From assembly GCF_009914755.1 (NCBI RefSeq), contig NC_060928.1: a stretch of 64,000 nucleotides of DNA. One strand, 5' to 3'. Below are positions 17,655 to 30,963 of this stretch, piece after piece (position 1 is the stretch's first letter; every line of letters begins with the position of its first letter). The notes below the pieces were generated by a model. The model did no database searches, was not told where the DNA came from, and saw only the letters and a list, made by a program, of their open reading frames with translations. Position numbers and translations under genes: made by a program. The DNA comes from the human T2T-CHM13v2.0 reference genome, Homo sapiens.

Positions 17655-17945
17655 GGCCACTAAGCAAGCCAAAACCCAATTCAGCATGAATAGTCCTATC
17701 CTAGGAAAATGAAACTTAGTTTTACCAAGTAGAAACTGCCAACAAACCTCTAACTACGGATTTTGAGGCAACTGCTCCACTTTAATCTAACATTTTCTTT
17801 GCCTTGCTTCTACGTTCACCTTATAAAAGCCTTCCCCCCACACTCCTTCACTGAAGCCCCAAACCACCTGTGGTCTGGAGCTATCTAATTCATGAATTGC
17901 TACTTGCTCCAATGAACTCTTCAAAAATTGAATGTTTTATCACTA
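17655..17945 (+). mobile_element. Probable ERV LTR fragment
   Basis: TATA-like ttataaaagcc followed by ...attcatgaattgc..ttgctc..a.actctt, typical of ERV1 LTR R/U5; ends in a ~23-bp tandem duplication (17923-17967). Confidence 0.45.
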
Positions 17946-18549
17946 AAAAATTGAATCTTTTATCACTATGTAAAGAGTCATTAAATGACTTGGTCACTAT
18001 GACATCACATATTTGTGATTCAGTGTATTAAATTCATGGCCAAGGCAGTTCCTGTTTTAGAATTTAAATGGTAAGTATTTAGGATATGCTTGATTAGGAT
18101 ACTTATTCAAGGGTTAAGAGGCTCACTAATGTATATCCTGAATTGTCAGGTATATTTACAACATTTTTGTCTCTATTCAATTACATTTGCCTTAGCAGAT
18201 AAAACCTTTTATTATATTTCTAAATGAACACTTGTCTCCTTGAATTAAAAAACATAGCTTAATTACTACAAAAGAGTACTGAGAAACCAGAGGCCCTGGA
18301 GAACAGCAAATGGTACATATTCATAGACATCCTAAGTAGGAAGCAGAAAAATGAGAGTACAAAATGTTTTACAAGCATTGAAAGATAAAATTCCATTAAA
18401 AAGTGAAATTGAGGAAAATGGATGTTTTAATAACCAGATGAGACATGTATAGTCAAAGCTGCCTCTTGGGATGTGATTAAATTGATTTGATATTTATATG
18501 CCGGAAAGATCAAAATGGGAAAAGAGCTTCTAAAGAAATACTAAGCATG

Positions 18550-19305
18550 ACATTCATTCAATTGTTCAACACTCAAAAACATGTATTAAGCCTCTGCTAT
18601 GCTTCAGACATTGTGCTAGGCACAAGAAATACAACATTGGGTAAGATAGACACAGCTTTAATTAGTTCATAGAATAGGATGCAGAAAAACATTATTCAAC
18701 AAAATAAGATACTGTTATGAATAGGAAATGCTTGGGATGATGTAAAAGTACATAGCAAGAGCATCTGTGGCTCTTTTCTATTTTCCTAAAGGAAAATCTC
18801 CTAAAAGATGATCAGAGCAATGGAGAAAACCAGGTGTCCATGGCAGAGGTAAAGAGAGTCAAAGAAACTAATTGGGAAGGTGCTGAAATAATTCAGATGG
18901 TGGCATCAGCTAACATACTGACAGTGGGGATTAGGAAATGGAATGAAATTGAGAAAGCTTTATGATAGATTTGATAGCAATTAACTATTGGTGAGATGGA
19001 GGAAGTGAGAAAAAGAAAGGAGTCAAGAGTGATTCCCAGATTCTTGGCTTAGGCAAGCCATGTGGCAAGGACCACAAGAGGAGCAGAATCGGGAGGAAAG
19101 ATGATGATGCGCTCTATGCATGCTGATGTCAGGGTGCTGGTGAGACTGAGAGAGGATGTTTCTGGTAGGTAAGTATGGAGCTCAAAAGAGAGATCTTAGC
19201 TGGAGATATAAACTCAGGACTTAATGGCAAATGGATGGTAACTGAAACTAGGATACTGATGTGATTTACCTAAGGCTTTATAAAAGTAAGATGAGAAAAA
19301 GGCTT
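18550..19305 (-). mobile_element. L2 LINE 3' fragment
   Basis: ttcattca...atgtattaagcctctgctatgc..cagacattgtgctaggcac...gagtcaagagtgattcccagattcttggctt. Confidence 0.7.
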
Positions 19306-19320
19306 AAGAAAGCAGTTTGA

Positions 19321-19668
<348 letters not shown>

Positions 19669-19706
19669 TCAGAGAAATTTAATCCATTCCAAAACATTTG
19701 CATTTT

Positions 19707-21224
19707 TTCTTTTTCTATTATATTTTATTTATTTATTTTTAATTTTACTTTAACTTCTGGGATACATGTGCAGAATGTGCAGGTTTGTTACATAGATATA
19801 CATGTGCCATGGTGGTTTACTGCATCTATCAACCGTCCTCTAGGTTTTAAGCCCTGCATGCATTAGGTATTTGTCCTAATGTTCTCCCTCCCCTTGCTCC
19901 CCAACCCCTGACAGGCCCCGGTGTGTGATGTTCCGCTCCCTGTGTTCATATGTTCTCCTTGTTCAACTTCCACTTATGAGTGAGAACATGCAGTGTTGGT
20001 TTTCTCTTCCTGTGTTAGTTTGCTGAGAATGATGGCTTCCAGCTTTATACATGTCTCTGCAAAGGACATGAACTCATTCTTTTTTATGGCTGCATAGTAT
20101 TCCATGGTGTGTATGTGCCACATTTTCTTTATCCAGTCTATGATTGATGGGCATTTTGGTTGGTTCCAAGTCTTTGCTATCATAAATAGTGCTGCAATAC
20201 ATATATGTGTGCATGTGTCTTCATAGTAGAATGATTTATAATCCTTTGGGTATATACTCAGTAATGGGATTACTGGGTCAAATGATATTTCTGGTTCTAG
20301 ATCCTTGAGGAATTGCCACACTGTCTTCCACAATGGTTGAACTAATTTACATTCCCATCAACAGTGTAAAAGCATTCCTATTCCTCCACAACCTTGCCAG
20401 CATCTGTTGTTTCCTGACTTTTTAATAATCACCATTCTAATGAGATGGTATCTCATTGTGGTTCTGATTTGCTTTCCTCTAATGACCATGATGATGAGCT
20501 TTTTTTCATATATTTGTTGGTTGCGTAAATGTCTTCTTTTGAGAAGTGTCTGTTCATATCCTTTGCCCACTTTTTGATTGGGTTTTTTGTTTTTTTCTTG
20601 TAAATTTGTTGAATTTCCTTGTAGATTCTGGATATTAGACCTTTGTCAGATGAGTAGCTTGCAAAAATTTTCTCCCATTCTGTAGGTTGTCTGTTTACTC
20701 TGATGATAGTTTCTTTTGCTGTGCAGAAGCTCTTTAGTGTAATTAGATCCCATTTGTCAATTTTGGCTTTTGTTGCAATTGCTTTTAGTGTTTTAGTCAT
20801 TAAGTCTTTGCCCCATGCCTATGTCCTGAATGGTATTGCCTAGGTTTTTTTCTAGGGTTTTATGGTTTTGAGTTTTACATTTAAGTCTTTAATCCATCTT
20901 GAGTTAATTTTTGTATAAGGTGTAAGGAAGGGGTCCAATTTCTATTCTCTGCATATGGCTAGGCATTTTTCCCAGCACCATTTATTAGATAGGGAATTCT
21001 TTCCCCATTGCTTGTTTTTGTAGGTTTGTCAAAGATCAGATGGTCGTAGATGTGTGGTGTTATTTCTGAGGCCTCTGTTCTGTTCCATTGGTCTATATAT
21101 CTGTTTTGGTACCAGTACCATGCTGTTTTGGTTACTGTAGCCTTGTAATATAGTTTGAAGTCAGGTAGTGAGGTGACTCCAGCTTTCTTCTTACTGCTTA
21201 GGATTGTCTTGGCTATACAGGCTC
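19707..21224 (-). mobile_element. 5'-truncated L1PA (L1PA8-like 3'UTR)
   Basis: ORF2 C-terminal peptides on the minus strand; direct repeat ttccaaaacatttgcatttt at 19687-19706 and 21225-21244. Confidence 0.92.
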
Positions 21225-22083
21225 TTCCAAAACATTTGCATTTTAAAGAGGTGAAGGTTGGGCTAGGAGCTGGGTAGATAAATGAAGTGTGTTTCATAAA
21301 TACAAAGTTTGAGAAGCCTGAGATATCCAAAAAGAAGCTAGGTTGGATTTAGCTTCTAGCAAGCATCCTGTTCCTTCAGTAACAGTCAAGGAATTACAAA
21401 GGTCAAAATAGAAGAGTAGCCACAAGTATTTATCTTCATTCTTTATCATGATCTCTTAAAATTATATGAAGGAATATAATAGGTATAAACTCACTCTAAA
21501 TCCTGTAGCAGGAAGATTCAGGATTCCAGGAAGAAGCTAACTGAAAAAAAATTAAAGATGTGATATTATTCTTGAGAAGTTACTAAGAACTTCAGAATGT
21601 AATAAAAAGTCAGTGCAATAAATTTGGAATGTAAATAAAATCTTCATAAAAAATTAAAAGATGCTTAAAAGACAACATAATCATACAATACTGATAGCCA
21701 GAGCAAAAGCAATTGCACAGCAATAACAAAATGCACAGTACATATTTACTGACTTGCAAAATTCATTGTCAATTACTAGACAAAAATCCAAAAGAAATAG
21801 GATTACCAAATAGAATTTATATCTTATCAACCTTAACAATTTAAAGTGAAAGTTAAAATGTACAAATTTTGGTGAATGAAAGAAAGAAAAGGTGAAGTTA
21901 AGTCACATTAGAATGTGAGGATTCAAGATTTATTGCACATAGTTCATGGAACAAGAATTTTAAAAATTATTGAAATTTATTAAGAGGAATAGAAGTATAG
22001 TAATTATGATATTGGTATGGGGAAAGGAAATTTAGTAAGTTTTGAAAAAGTATGCTAAATTTTATCTATCATAGCAGAAACTA

Positions 22084-22552
<469 letters not shown>

Positions 22553-22701
22553 AAAGAGATATAACTGAGAACATTTCATCCTAAGCCCTTAGCTATTTTT
22601 TGATTATCAACATACGCATTTTATTTTTTATATAAATTAAAAATATATTTTAAAAAAGTAATGAAGTCTGCAACAATCTACTCCCAACCTATTTGTCTAA
22701 C

Positions 22702-22782
22702 TTTATTTCTTTTTTTTCTTTCTTTCTTTCTTTCTTTCTTTGTCTTTCTCTCTCTCTCTCTCTCCTTTCTTCTTTCTTCTTT
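22702..22782. repeat. Compound polypyrimidine microsatellite (TTTC)n(TC)n
   Basis: Direct reading. Confidence 0.85.
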
Positions 22783-23561
22783 ACCTTAGCTGCAACCAAA
22801 ATTGACTATCCAACAGAAGTTACTGAGACTGTTCCATTTGGTGCACTGGAGGAGCGTTATGTAGTACTAGGGGCAAATAAAAGCCAGCTGGAGTACTAAG
22901 TATATTACCAACAGCATTTGTCTAGTCTTCTTTCTTATAACTGTACACATACATACCCCACCAACAACAATACCCACTATAACAGCACATTCATAAGAGA
23001 TGGTGCCATTTAGTCTTCAACTTAGCTCAGATTCCAAGATTTTAAGCTCTCTGCTACCCATCTACTGTGAGGTTGTTCCTGATATTCAGTGCAGCATAGC
23101 TCTTTAATTCTTCTTTCTCTATTTTAGTCATATTCTCTGCTAACTTAACAACCCACTCCACATTCTTGGTCAGCTCCCAATCCTCAGATTCTGCTAACTT
23201 CATAATATAGGTCACCATGTGACTTGTTGACTTCTCCATCTGTCCAAATCTTACACATTATTTCAGATCCACCTCAAATGCCAGTTCCTCATCATTTCTT
23301 CTCTGGACTCAACAGAGCTTTGCTTCCTATTTATAAAAACAAAGGTCACCATGCTTTATGTTACAAGTTGGTTGTTTATATAAATTTATTACAAAATTAT
23401 TGTATATGTATATTTTAAGTTTCTCTTAATTTTAAATTCTTTCAAGGCCAGGATTAAAGCTTGCTAATCTCTTATCTAACATAGTAAATGTAATATTTTA
23501 ATGCATATAATGCTCCTTAGATGAATATTTAACTGTATTTTAATTTTGGTGAGATTCTCAC

Positions 23562-23981
23562 TGTCTTAGTTCATTTAGTATGTTCTTTTAAAGAAATACC
23601 TGAAGCTGGGTAATTTATAAAGAAAAGAGGTTTATTTGGCTCATGGTTCTGCAGGCAGAGCAAGAAGCATGGCACAAGCATTCTGCTTCTGGCGAGGGCT
23701 TCAGGCTCCTTCCACTTATGGCGGAGGGTGACGGGCAATACACAGAGATCCCAAGCAAGAGAGGAAGCAAGAGAGAGAGTGGGGAGGTGTCCGGTTCTTT
23801 TTAACAATCAGTTCTTGCAGGAGCTAATAGACAGAACTCACTCACCCCTACCCTTAGAGAGGGTATTAATATTCATGAGGGATCCACCTCCATGCCCCAA
23901 ACACCTCTCATTTGATCTCCTATATTGGGGATCAAATTTCAACATGAGATTTGGAGGGGAAGACACACCTGAACTATAGCA
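23562..23981 (-). mobile_element. MaLR solo LTR (MSTA/MSTB-like)
   Basis: tgtcttagttcattt...ctgggtaatttataaagaaaagaggtttatttggctcatggttctgcagg...atttcaacatgagatttggagggga...tatagca; 5-bp TSD ctcac/ctcat. Confidence 0.85.
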
Positions 23982-24781
23982 CTCATGGATTTTTATTAAT
24001 TGGGCAATTCGGAATTATTTTCTGTAGGTTTTTGAGGGGAGGCTTTCATTTTCTTCATAGGCATTTACTGTATGTTACATACTTTTTATACTATGGCTCT
24101 TCCAAAACAAAGATGGCTTGCAAAATAGTAACAAAATAGTAATAGTAACAAAATAATATTATGGGGTTAATAAAATGGAAACTGAAAATTTAAGTGTGGA
24201 AAGGAGTCAAGTATGTTTCACATATTTTCTGTGATTGAGCCTTAATATTGTTTTTGCAGCTTTCTAATATCCAGAGCAAAAAGGGAAATATTAATTTCAA
24301 CTGGTGTTTCTAGATAAATGCTCTAATTTGAAGGTGTTGGTAAGCAGCTAGACTTCTTAGGGAACTTTCAAACAGTGTGAGGGACATATCAAAAGATCTC
24401 ACACATGGGAAATTATGATCGATCCTAGAAGCAGAAAGTGGGACAGAAAAAAATATTTGGTGACATAATGGATGAATAGCTCCCAAATTTTATGGAGGAC
24501 ATGTTTACAGATTCAAGAAGCGCAGAAAACCCTAAGCAGTGTGAATTTAAGATAACCGCATCTAGGCATACCATATTCAAACCACAGAACCAAAAAGTAA
24601 AGAGAAAATCTTGAAAACAGCCAGGAAAAGAACAGCATATTTGAACAATTATTTGAACAAATTTGAACAATGATTCAATATTTTTTAAGAATGAAAATAA
24701 AGACATGTCCAGATAAAAATAAAACTAGCAGGGTTCATCACCAGCAGCTCTGCAATAAAACTAATGTTAAAGAAGCTCTTT

Positions 24782-24796
24782 CGTGAGACTCCGTCT

Positions 24797-24824
<28 letters not shown>
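24782..24824 (+). mobile_element. Extremely 5'-truncated Alu (16 nt plus poly-A)
   Basis: cgtgagactccgtctc + uninterrupted A-run (24798-24827); TSD aaagaagctcttt at 24769-24781 and 24825-24837. Confidence 0.85.
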
Positions 24825-24829
<5 letters not shown>

Positions 24830-25394
24830 AGCTCTTTTGGCTGAAGAAAAATCATACCTGATAAAAATCATGAGAATCTATAAACATCTAGGTCAATATA
24901 AGAGAATATTGTTTTCTCCTAATTTCTTTAAAATGCATATGGTTTCAAAGCAAAAACTGTAATATTCTTTTGTGTGGTTTATAGAATAAATACATATACA
25001 TATGAAAATTATAATAAATGGACCTATGGAGTCGCAAAGTTTCTCCATTTTTCATGGAGTCATACAATATTAACTCTAAGTAGACTGAGAAGTTAAGAAT
25101 GTGTATTGTAACTCCATGAGCAACCATTGAAACTAATGCAAAAAACTCTGAAAATCTAATAAATAAAATATAGTTTAAAAATATTCAATTAATCTAAAAG
25201 GAAGCAAGAAAGGTGGAATATAGGAGCAAAGAAGCAGAGGGGACAACAGAAAACAGATAGTAAAATGGTAGACCTAATTGTAAACATGCCAGTAATTCTA
25301 TTAGCTGTTGTTGGACTAAACACCCCAATTAAAAGATAGAGATTGTCAGAATGAATTTTTTAAACACCCAAACATGTTATCTCAAGAAGATGCA

Positions 25395-25704
25395 GGCTGG
25401 GCACAGTGGCTCATGCTGGTAATCTTAGCACTTTGGGAGACCGAGGCGGAAGGATCACTTGAGCTTAGGAGCTCGAGACCAGGCTGGGCAACATAGTGAG
25501 ACCTAGTCTCTAAAAAATAAAAATAAACATAAATTAGCTGGGTGTAGTGGCACACACCTATAGTCCCACCTATTCGGGTGGCTGAGGTGGGAAGACTGCA
25601 TAGCTCAGTCGGTCTAGGCTGCAGTGAGCCATGTTCGCACCATTGCACTTCAGCTTGGGTGACGGTATGCGATCCTGTCTCAAAAAATCTAAACAAAACA
25701 AAAA
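25395..25704 (+). mobile_element. AluJ
   Basis: Diverged full dimer; TSD aagaagatgca at 25384-25394 and 25705-25715. Confidence 0.9.
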
Positions 25705-27639
25705 AAGAAGATGCACTTTAAATATAAAGATGCTGATAGATTGAAATTAAATAGCTGGGAGAAAAATGCCATGCAAACTATAGGCATGAGAAAGGCTAGA
25801 GTGTTTATATTAGTATGAGATAAGGTAGACTTCAAGACAAAGAGTATTACTGGAATAAAGAGGGACATTTCATAATGCTAAAAGAACCAATAAATCAGGA
25901 AGATATAACAATAATAAATATGTATGTACCTAATACAGACTTTAAAATATATAAAGAAAAAAATGAGAATTACTGGAGCAATAGACAATTCCAGGATCAT
26001 ACTTGGAGATTTTAACACTCCTTTCTTAGCAATTGATGGGCCAATGATTCAAAAAATTTAGGGGAAAACAATGATACGATTTCTGCAAAAACAGATAATC
26101 CCTGATGTAGACAATAAAAAGATAGTTATACCAATATTGTTGCTAATATCAAACTGTGAAACAAAATTTACCAATGATCAACAAATGCATATACAGTCAT
26201 ACTTCACTTGATGATGAGGATATGTTCTGAGAAATGAAAAATCTACACAAATCTACGTGAAATATCTAATTTTTACTAGCACTTCTTGTCATAATACATC
26301 TTGGATAAGTTTCTTTTTTGAGTCTCACATATGACATCCATAAAATATTAATATAAATATCCATAACTCACTCTCCAAAATCAGAAAGCTGGCCTGATAC
26401 CTCCTTGGGTTTTCTTTCACTACCAATGTATATGATTCTGCAAAATTAAAGCTATGAATTTTTCATTTGATACCCAAAATCTTGTAAGCTTAGAACTTGA
26501 AGACAGGCACAGCATGCAGTCATATAGTAAACACAAATAATGCTATCTGTAATGAAATTTTAACATTTTGACATTTGACAGAAGAATTCAAACCATCAAA
26601 AGAAATATTTTGTGTGTGTGTGGAGAGTAACCTTATTCATCGTCCATAATGATGATTTTCTTATTTTTCTTTCCTGAAATGCTGTGTTAAATAAAATCTT
26701 ATATATAAATACAATCTTTATAATATAAACACAGTCTTATAGAGAAGACACATATATATAAAACAAATGAAACCACAACTGCTCTTGTTGACGTGATAGG
26801 TAGGAGCTCAGATTTCATTCCACCTAGGGGAAAATCGAGCACAGGTTCTCCCTCAAGGGGGCGCCTTAGAGCACAGCTGAAGCTAAAGCACAGGTGGAAG
26901 AATCACTGTAAAAGGAGTCTCCTTGGCTGGACATTCTTTCAGCTGCCATAATAGTTTCTTATTAAGACTTTCCTGAAACTCCAAAAATCACTGATCTGCA
27001 TAGTCTTACTTTTTTCTACTCTTCTCAATGCCAGACATTGATGCGTGAAAAAAATATGCATCTCAGCATTTTATTATATTCTGTTATAGTGCTTTAAATT
27101 GCTTTGCTGAATTGTGTTATGTATAAATCTAATCAGCATTCCCTAATTCCCTTCTACCATAAGATCTCGAAAAGAATATATAATTGCTGAATTGACTAAA
27201 TTATCAGGATCCAACATCTGGTTTGAATTAAACATTAAAATATATGAGGAAAATATTGAAAGACTCCAAAAGATAGCAATACAGATGAAAAATATGGAAA
27301 ATAAAGGAAGTGAACCTGTTTAATTGGTCAATGAAAAGGCAGTGAGAAACTTACTGTCTTTGAATTAGGAGGAAAAACCTATTATGCAGTAATGACTTTT
27401 TAATCCTTGCTATTTCATGAGGGATTTGCTACAAAAAGGAGGGATTTCCTCTTAATGAGAACTGACTGGACCCACAGTGCTAGTCAGCAATTCCAAATCA
27501 GCAAACTCACCCATTGTTCTGAATAGTCTTTCTAAGCATTTACCATATTCTTCAAGATTTCTGTCCCACTTTAACTCTCTGAGAATATCCAAAAAAGAAA
27601 CTAAAAGCACGAATAAAGGCAATGAGAGTGGGATTGCAG

Positions 27640-28030
27640 GGCATTGCTAATGAGGGAAAGATGTGGCAGCTTCTTGGAATAGAAAGGACGTTGGATTCCA
27701 AAAGGACGGAGAGAGGGAGAAGTGCCGGTTGACCTCCAGGACTCTGAACTGTGCAGCTCAGTTATGGGTGCTGCTGTTCACCAAGACTGGGCATGTCGGA
27801 GGAGGCAGAAGATGGAAAGAAAAGGAAGGAATGGTGATGAATGGGGGAATATGTGTATTCCTTTTGGATACACTGAATCAAAGTGCCTTTAGGAATTGCA
27901 GTGGAAATGTCTAGAATGCAGTCAGGTATACACAACTAAAGCTGGGTTGAAACACAGATTTTGGAGTTCTCGGGATGGCCAATGTCACAGGTATGGTTGA
28001 AAATGACCAAAAAGAGCAAGTAAAAGAGAG
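27640..28030 (-). mobile_element. L2 fragment (degenerate)
   Basis: tgacctccagg...ttttggatacactgaatc..agtgcctttagg...gtggaaatgtctag...acagattttggagtt. Confidence 0.5.
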
Positions 28031-28269
28031 GTGCTCAACTTGGGATCCACAAACTCCTGTGGGTACCATGAGTGATCTTCAGAAGCATCCTTTAATCCCC
28101 GAAATTTCATGAGATTTTTGTGAGCATGTTCTTTTCCTCAGGAGAGAAGGCCTGTATCTTTCTCCATGTTCTCAAAAATTCATTACCCAAAAAGGTTTTG
28201 AACCAGAGATCTAGATTGAGAAACGAAAATATCCAGGAAACATTCTCTGAAGAATATGTCCATCCATAC

Positions 28270-28602
<333 letters not shown>

Positions 28603-30150
28603 TCATACACATAAAGACAATTAGTTGCCAAAAGGGAGCCTGAGAAAGAGCTGGCAGTCAGAGAGCAGAAGCAGAAAGACGCAAGACTGGATCCAAGAGA
28701 AGGCAAGTTTTCAAATAGGAGAATGCCCCATTCTGTCACTCAGGGTAGAGATCAAATATTAACCCTCAGAAGGGCCTTCTCTAATCACTTAGCTCAACCA
28801 CCCATACGGGTGTATTTCCCACATGAACGAGAAAGTTCGCTGTGAGCAGGAACCCTGAATCCCAGTGCTTGCAACATAACGAACATAAAGTAATTGTCAG
28901 ATGATTAACTGATTGACTGCTATTGGAGACAATCTGCAATTTTTAAATTCCATTTTTACCTTTCCTTGTTCCAAAAATACATTACATTCAAGTAGTTCAA
29001 AGACATTTTTGATTTAATAACTAAATGAACAAGTGAGCAAATATATTACCATTTGTTTCCCGGTACGACCAATAACAATAAAGGCAGAGTGCTATCGAAG
29101 AATGCAGAAAAAAAGGAGGAGGCAAAAACATAGGTAACTGAACAGTAAAGTAACTAAAAGCGTTAGTCACTGACATTTATACTTATTAGTGAGTTTTCTG
29201 ACTAAAAGTTATTATTTATGTAATATAAGCATTTCATTTTATTCTATAATCTATAATGCTAGACAGGAGCAAATGCAGCAGTTGTCAATAATTGCTAAAA
29301 GCCTACCACACTGGACAATTCAAAGGTCTTTATTATAAGCCAAATGCTGTAAAACATAATGTCCTAAGGCAGTTAGGCAATAAACGTTTACTGAGGAAAA
29401 TGAACTCTTCTTTCCTAGCCAATTTGAATAAAAACAACAAAAGTTATTTCAAACATTTTAACATAATGCTACACACTCATCTCCAATAAAATACATTATT
29501 TCTCAGAGTTATAGGATATTACATTATTGAAAATAGACTTGTTTCCTTACTTTTTATATTTAGGCCATGTTTAATACTTTCTATAAATAAACTATCAGAC
29601 AAGATGATACCTCAACCTTAAGCAAAGTATTTTATACTTTTACTTTCAGAGATTCATAACAACACTTGATTTACATTTTAAAATATTAAATTCTACTTTC
29701 TGAGATGCAGATATAACAAGTACATCAATTTCACAATAGGAAAAGCATCTGTGTATTAAACAGTTCAGGTAGAAGATGGTCTCTGAAATCAAATAGCTTG
29801 TGAACTGATGCATTTTTCAAAGATTTGTCTTCAGTGAATTCTGCTGGGGAGAGCAAGATTTTCAAAGTGGCTGTCGTATCCTCATTCCTGTACTGACTCG
29901 TAAGAGCCAAGAAAGGAGAAAGGAAAATTGACATCTGCGCACAGCTTAATGTTGGTACAGGTGCAGGGCAAGCTACATAATTTACAGGGTCAAGCGCAAA
30001 ATGAAAATTTGGGACTCCTTTTTCAAAAAGCAGGGGAAAGCATTTTTTAAAGGTATGAAAATATAAAGCTTTTTCATTTCTTCTCTCTCTCTTTTTCTCT
30101 CTCTCTCTGTCACAGTGGGGTTTTTTTATTGAATTAGAAACTGGAGGTAA

Positions 30151-30405
30151 TTTTTTTTTCTTTTTTATTTTATTTTATTTTACTTTATGTTCTGGGATAC
30201 ATGTGCAGAACTTGCAGGTTTGTTACATAGGTATACATGTGCCATGGTGGTTTGCTGCACTCATCAACCCGTCTTCTAGGTTTTTAAGCCCCACATGCAT
30301 TAGGTATTTGTTCTAATGCTCTCCCTCACAGTGTTCCCCACCGCCCGACAAGCCCCAGTGTGTGATGTTCCCGTCCCTGTGTCCGCGTGTTCTCATTGTT
30401 CAACT
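30151..30405 (-). mobile_element. Short L1PA 3' end (L1PA8-like)
   Basis: T-tract + tactttatgttctgggatacatgtgcag...ctcattgttcaact; flanking repeat tgtcacagtg at 30108-30117 and 30406-30415. Confidence 0.88.
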
Positions 30406-30963
30406 TGTCACAGTGTTTTTTATTTGCACTATAATGTTGTTCTAGGTAAAGAAAAATTAAAATTTTAAATTATTAAAATGAATTTTGCTGTTCATCTATG
30501 TATTGTACAGTGCAAATTTTAAATGCAAATATAGGAATATTTAACTTATACAAAATGACCACAATTACTTGATTTGTATTTCATAGCTCACACGTCAATA
30601 CACATTTTGTTCTTAGCAAAACAATGGAAACACTATGCAAAACTAACTCAACTGTTCTTATTTCACTTCTTAATACATCACATCGTACCAATATTCTCTA
30701 CAGTTAAATAAGGAAGGTTTGAAAAAACAAGAAACTATGAATAATCCTACTTTTCACTTTCCCTCTTTGTCATCATTTTCAGTGTAAATGTTTAGCTAGT
30801 ATAAAAAGGAGAAAGGAGTAACAAGGGATATGCTAGGGTACCTATGTATGTCATTGGTTTAGAAGGACACTGCCCACTTTCAAAGCAATTCGTGTTCAAA
30901 TAGAAAGCGAGCCTCTCAGCCTGTTTGCACTGCACTTAGTTTGACACTCAACTTGCTTAGTTT

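Larger units (their letters stand above)
24370..26050 (+). mobile_element. Ancient L1M (ORF1 to ORF2 EN region), interrupted by two Alu-derived insertions
   Basis: Degenerate ORF1 (aagagaaaatcttgaaaacagcc) and ORF2 EN (ccaattaaaagatagagattgtcagaatg; ggacatttcataatg; ggagattttaacactcc). Confidence 0.7.

Noticed and set aside
24639-24672. Short tandem repeats (atttgaacaa x3; also 17923-17967, 24121-24157, 60931-60953) as CRISPR-like or functional arrays
   Set aside because: Only 2-3 units with no spacers; ordinary slippage duplications in eukaryotic DNA.
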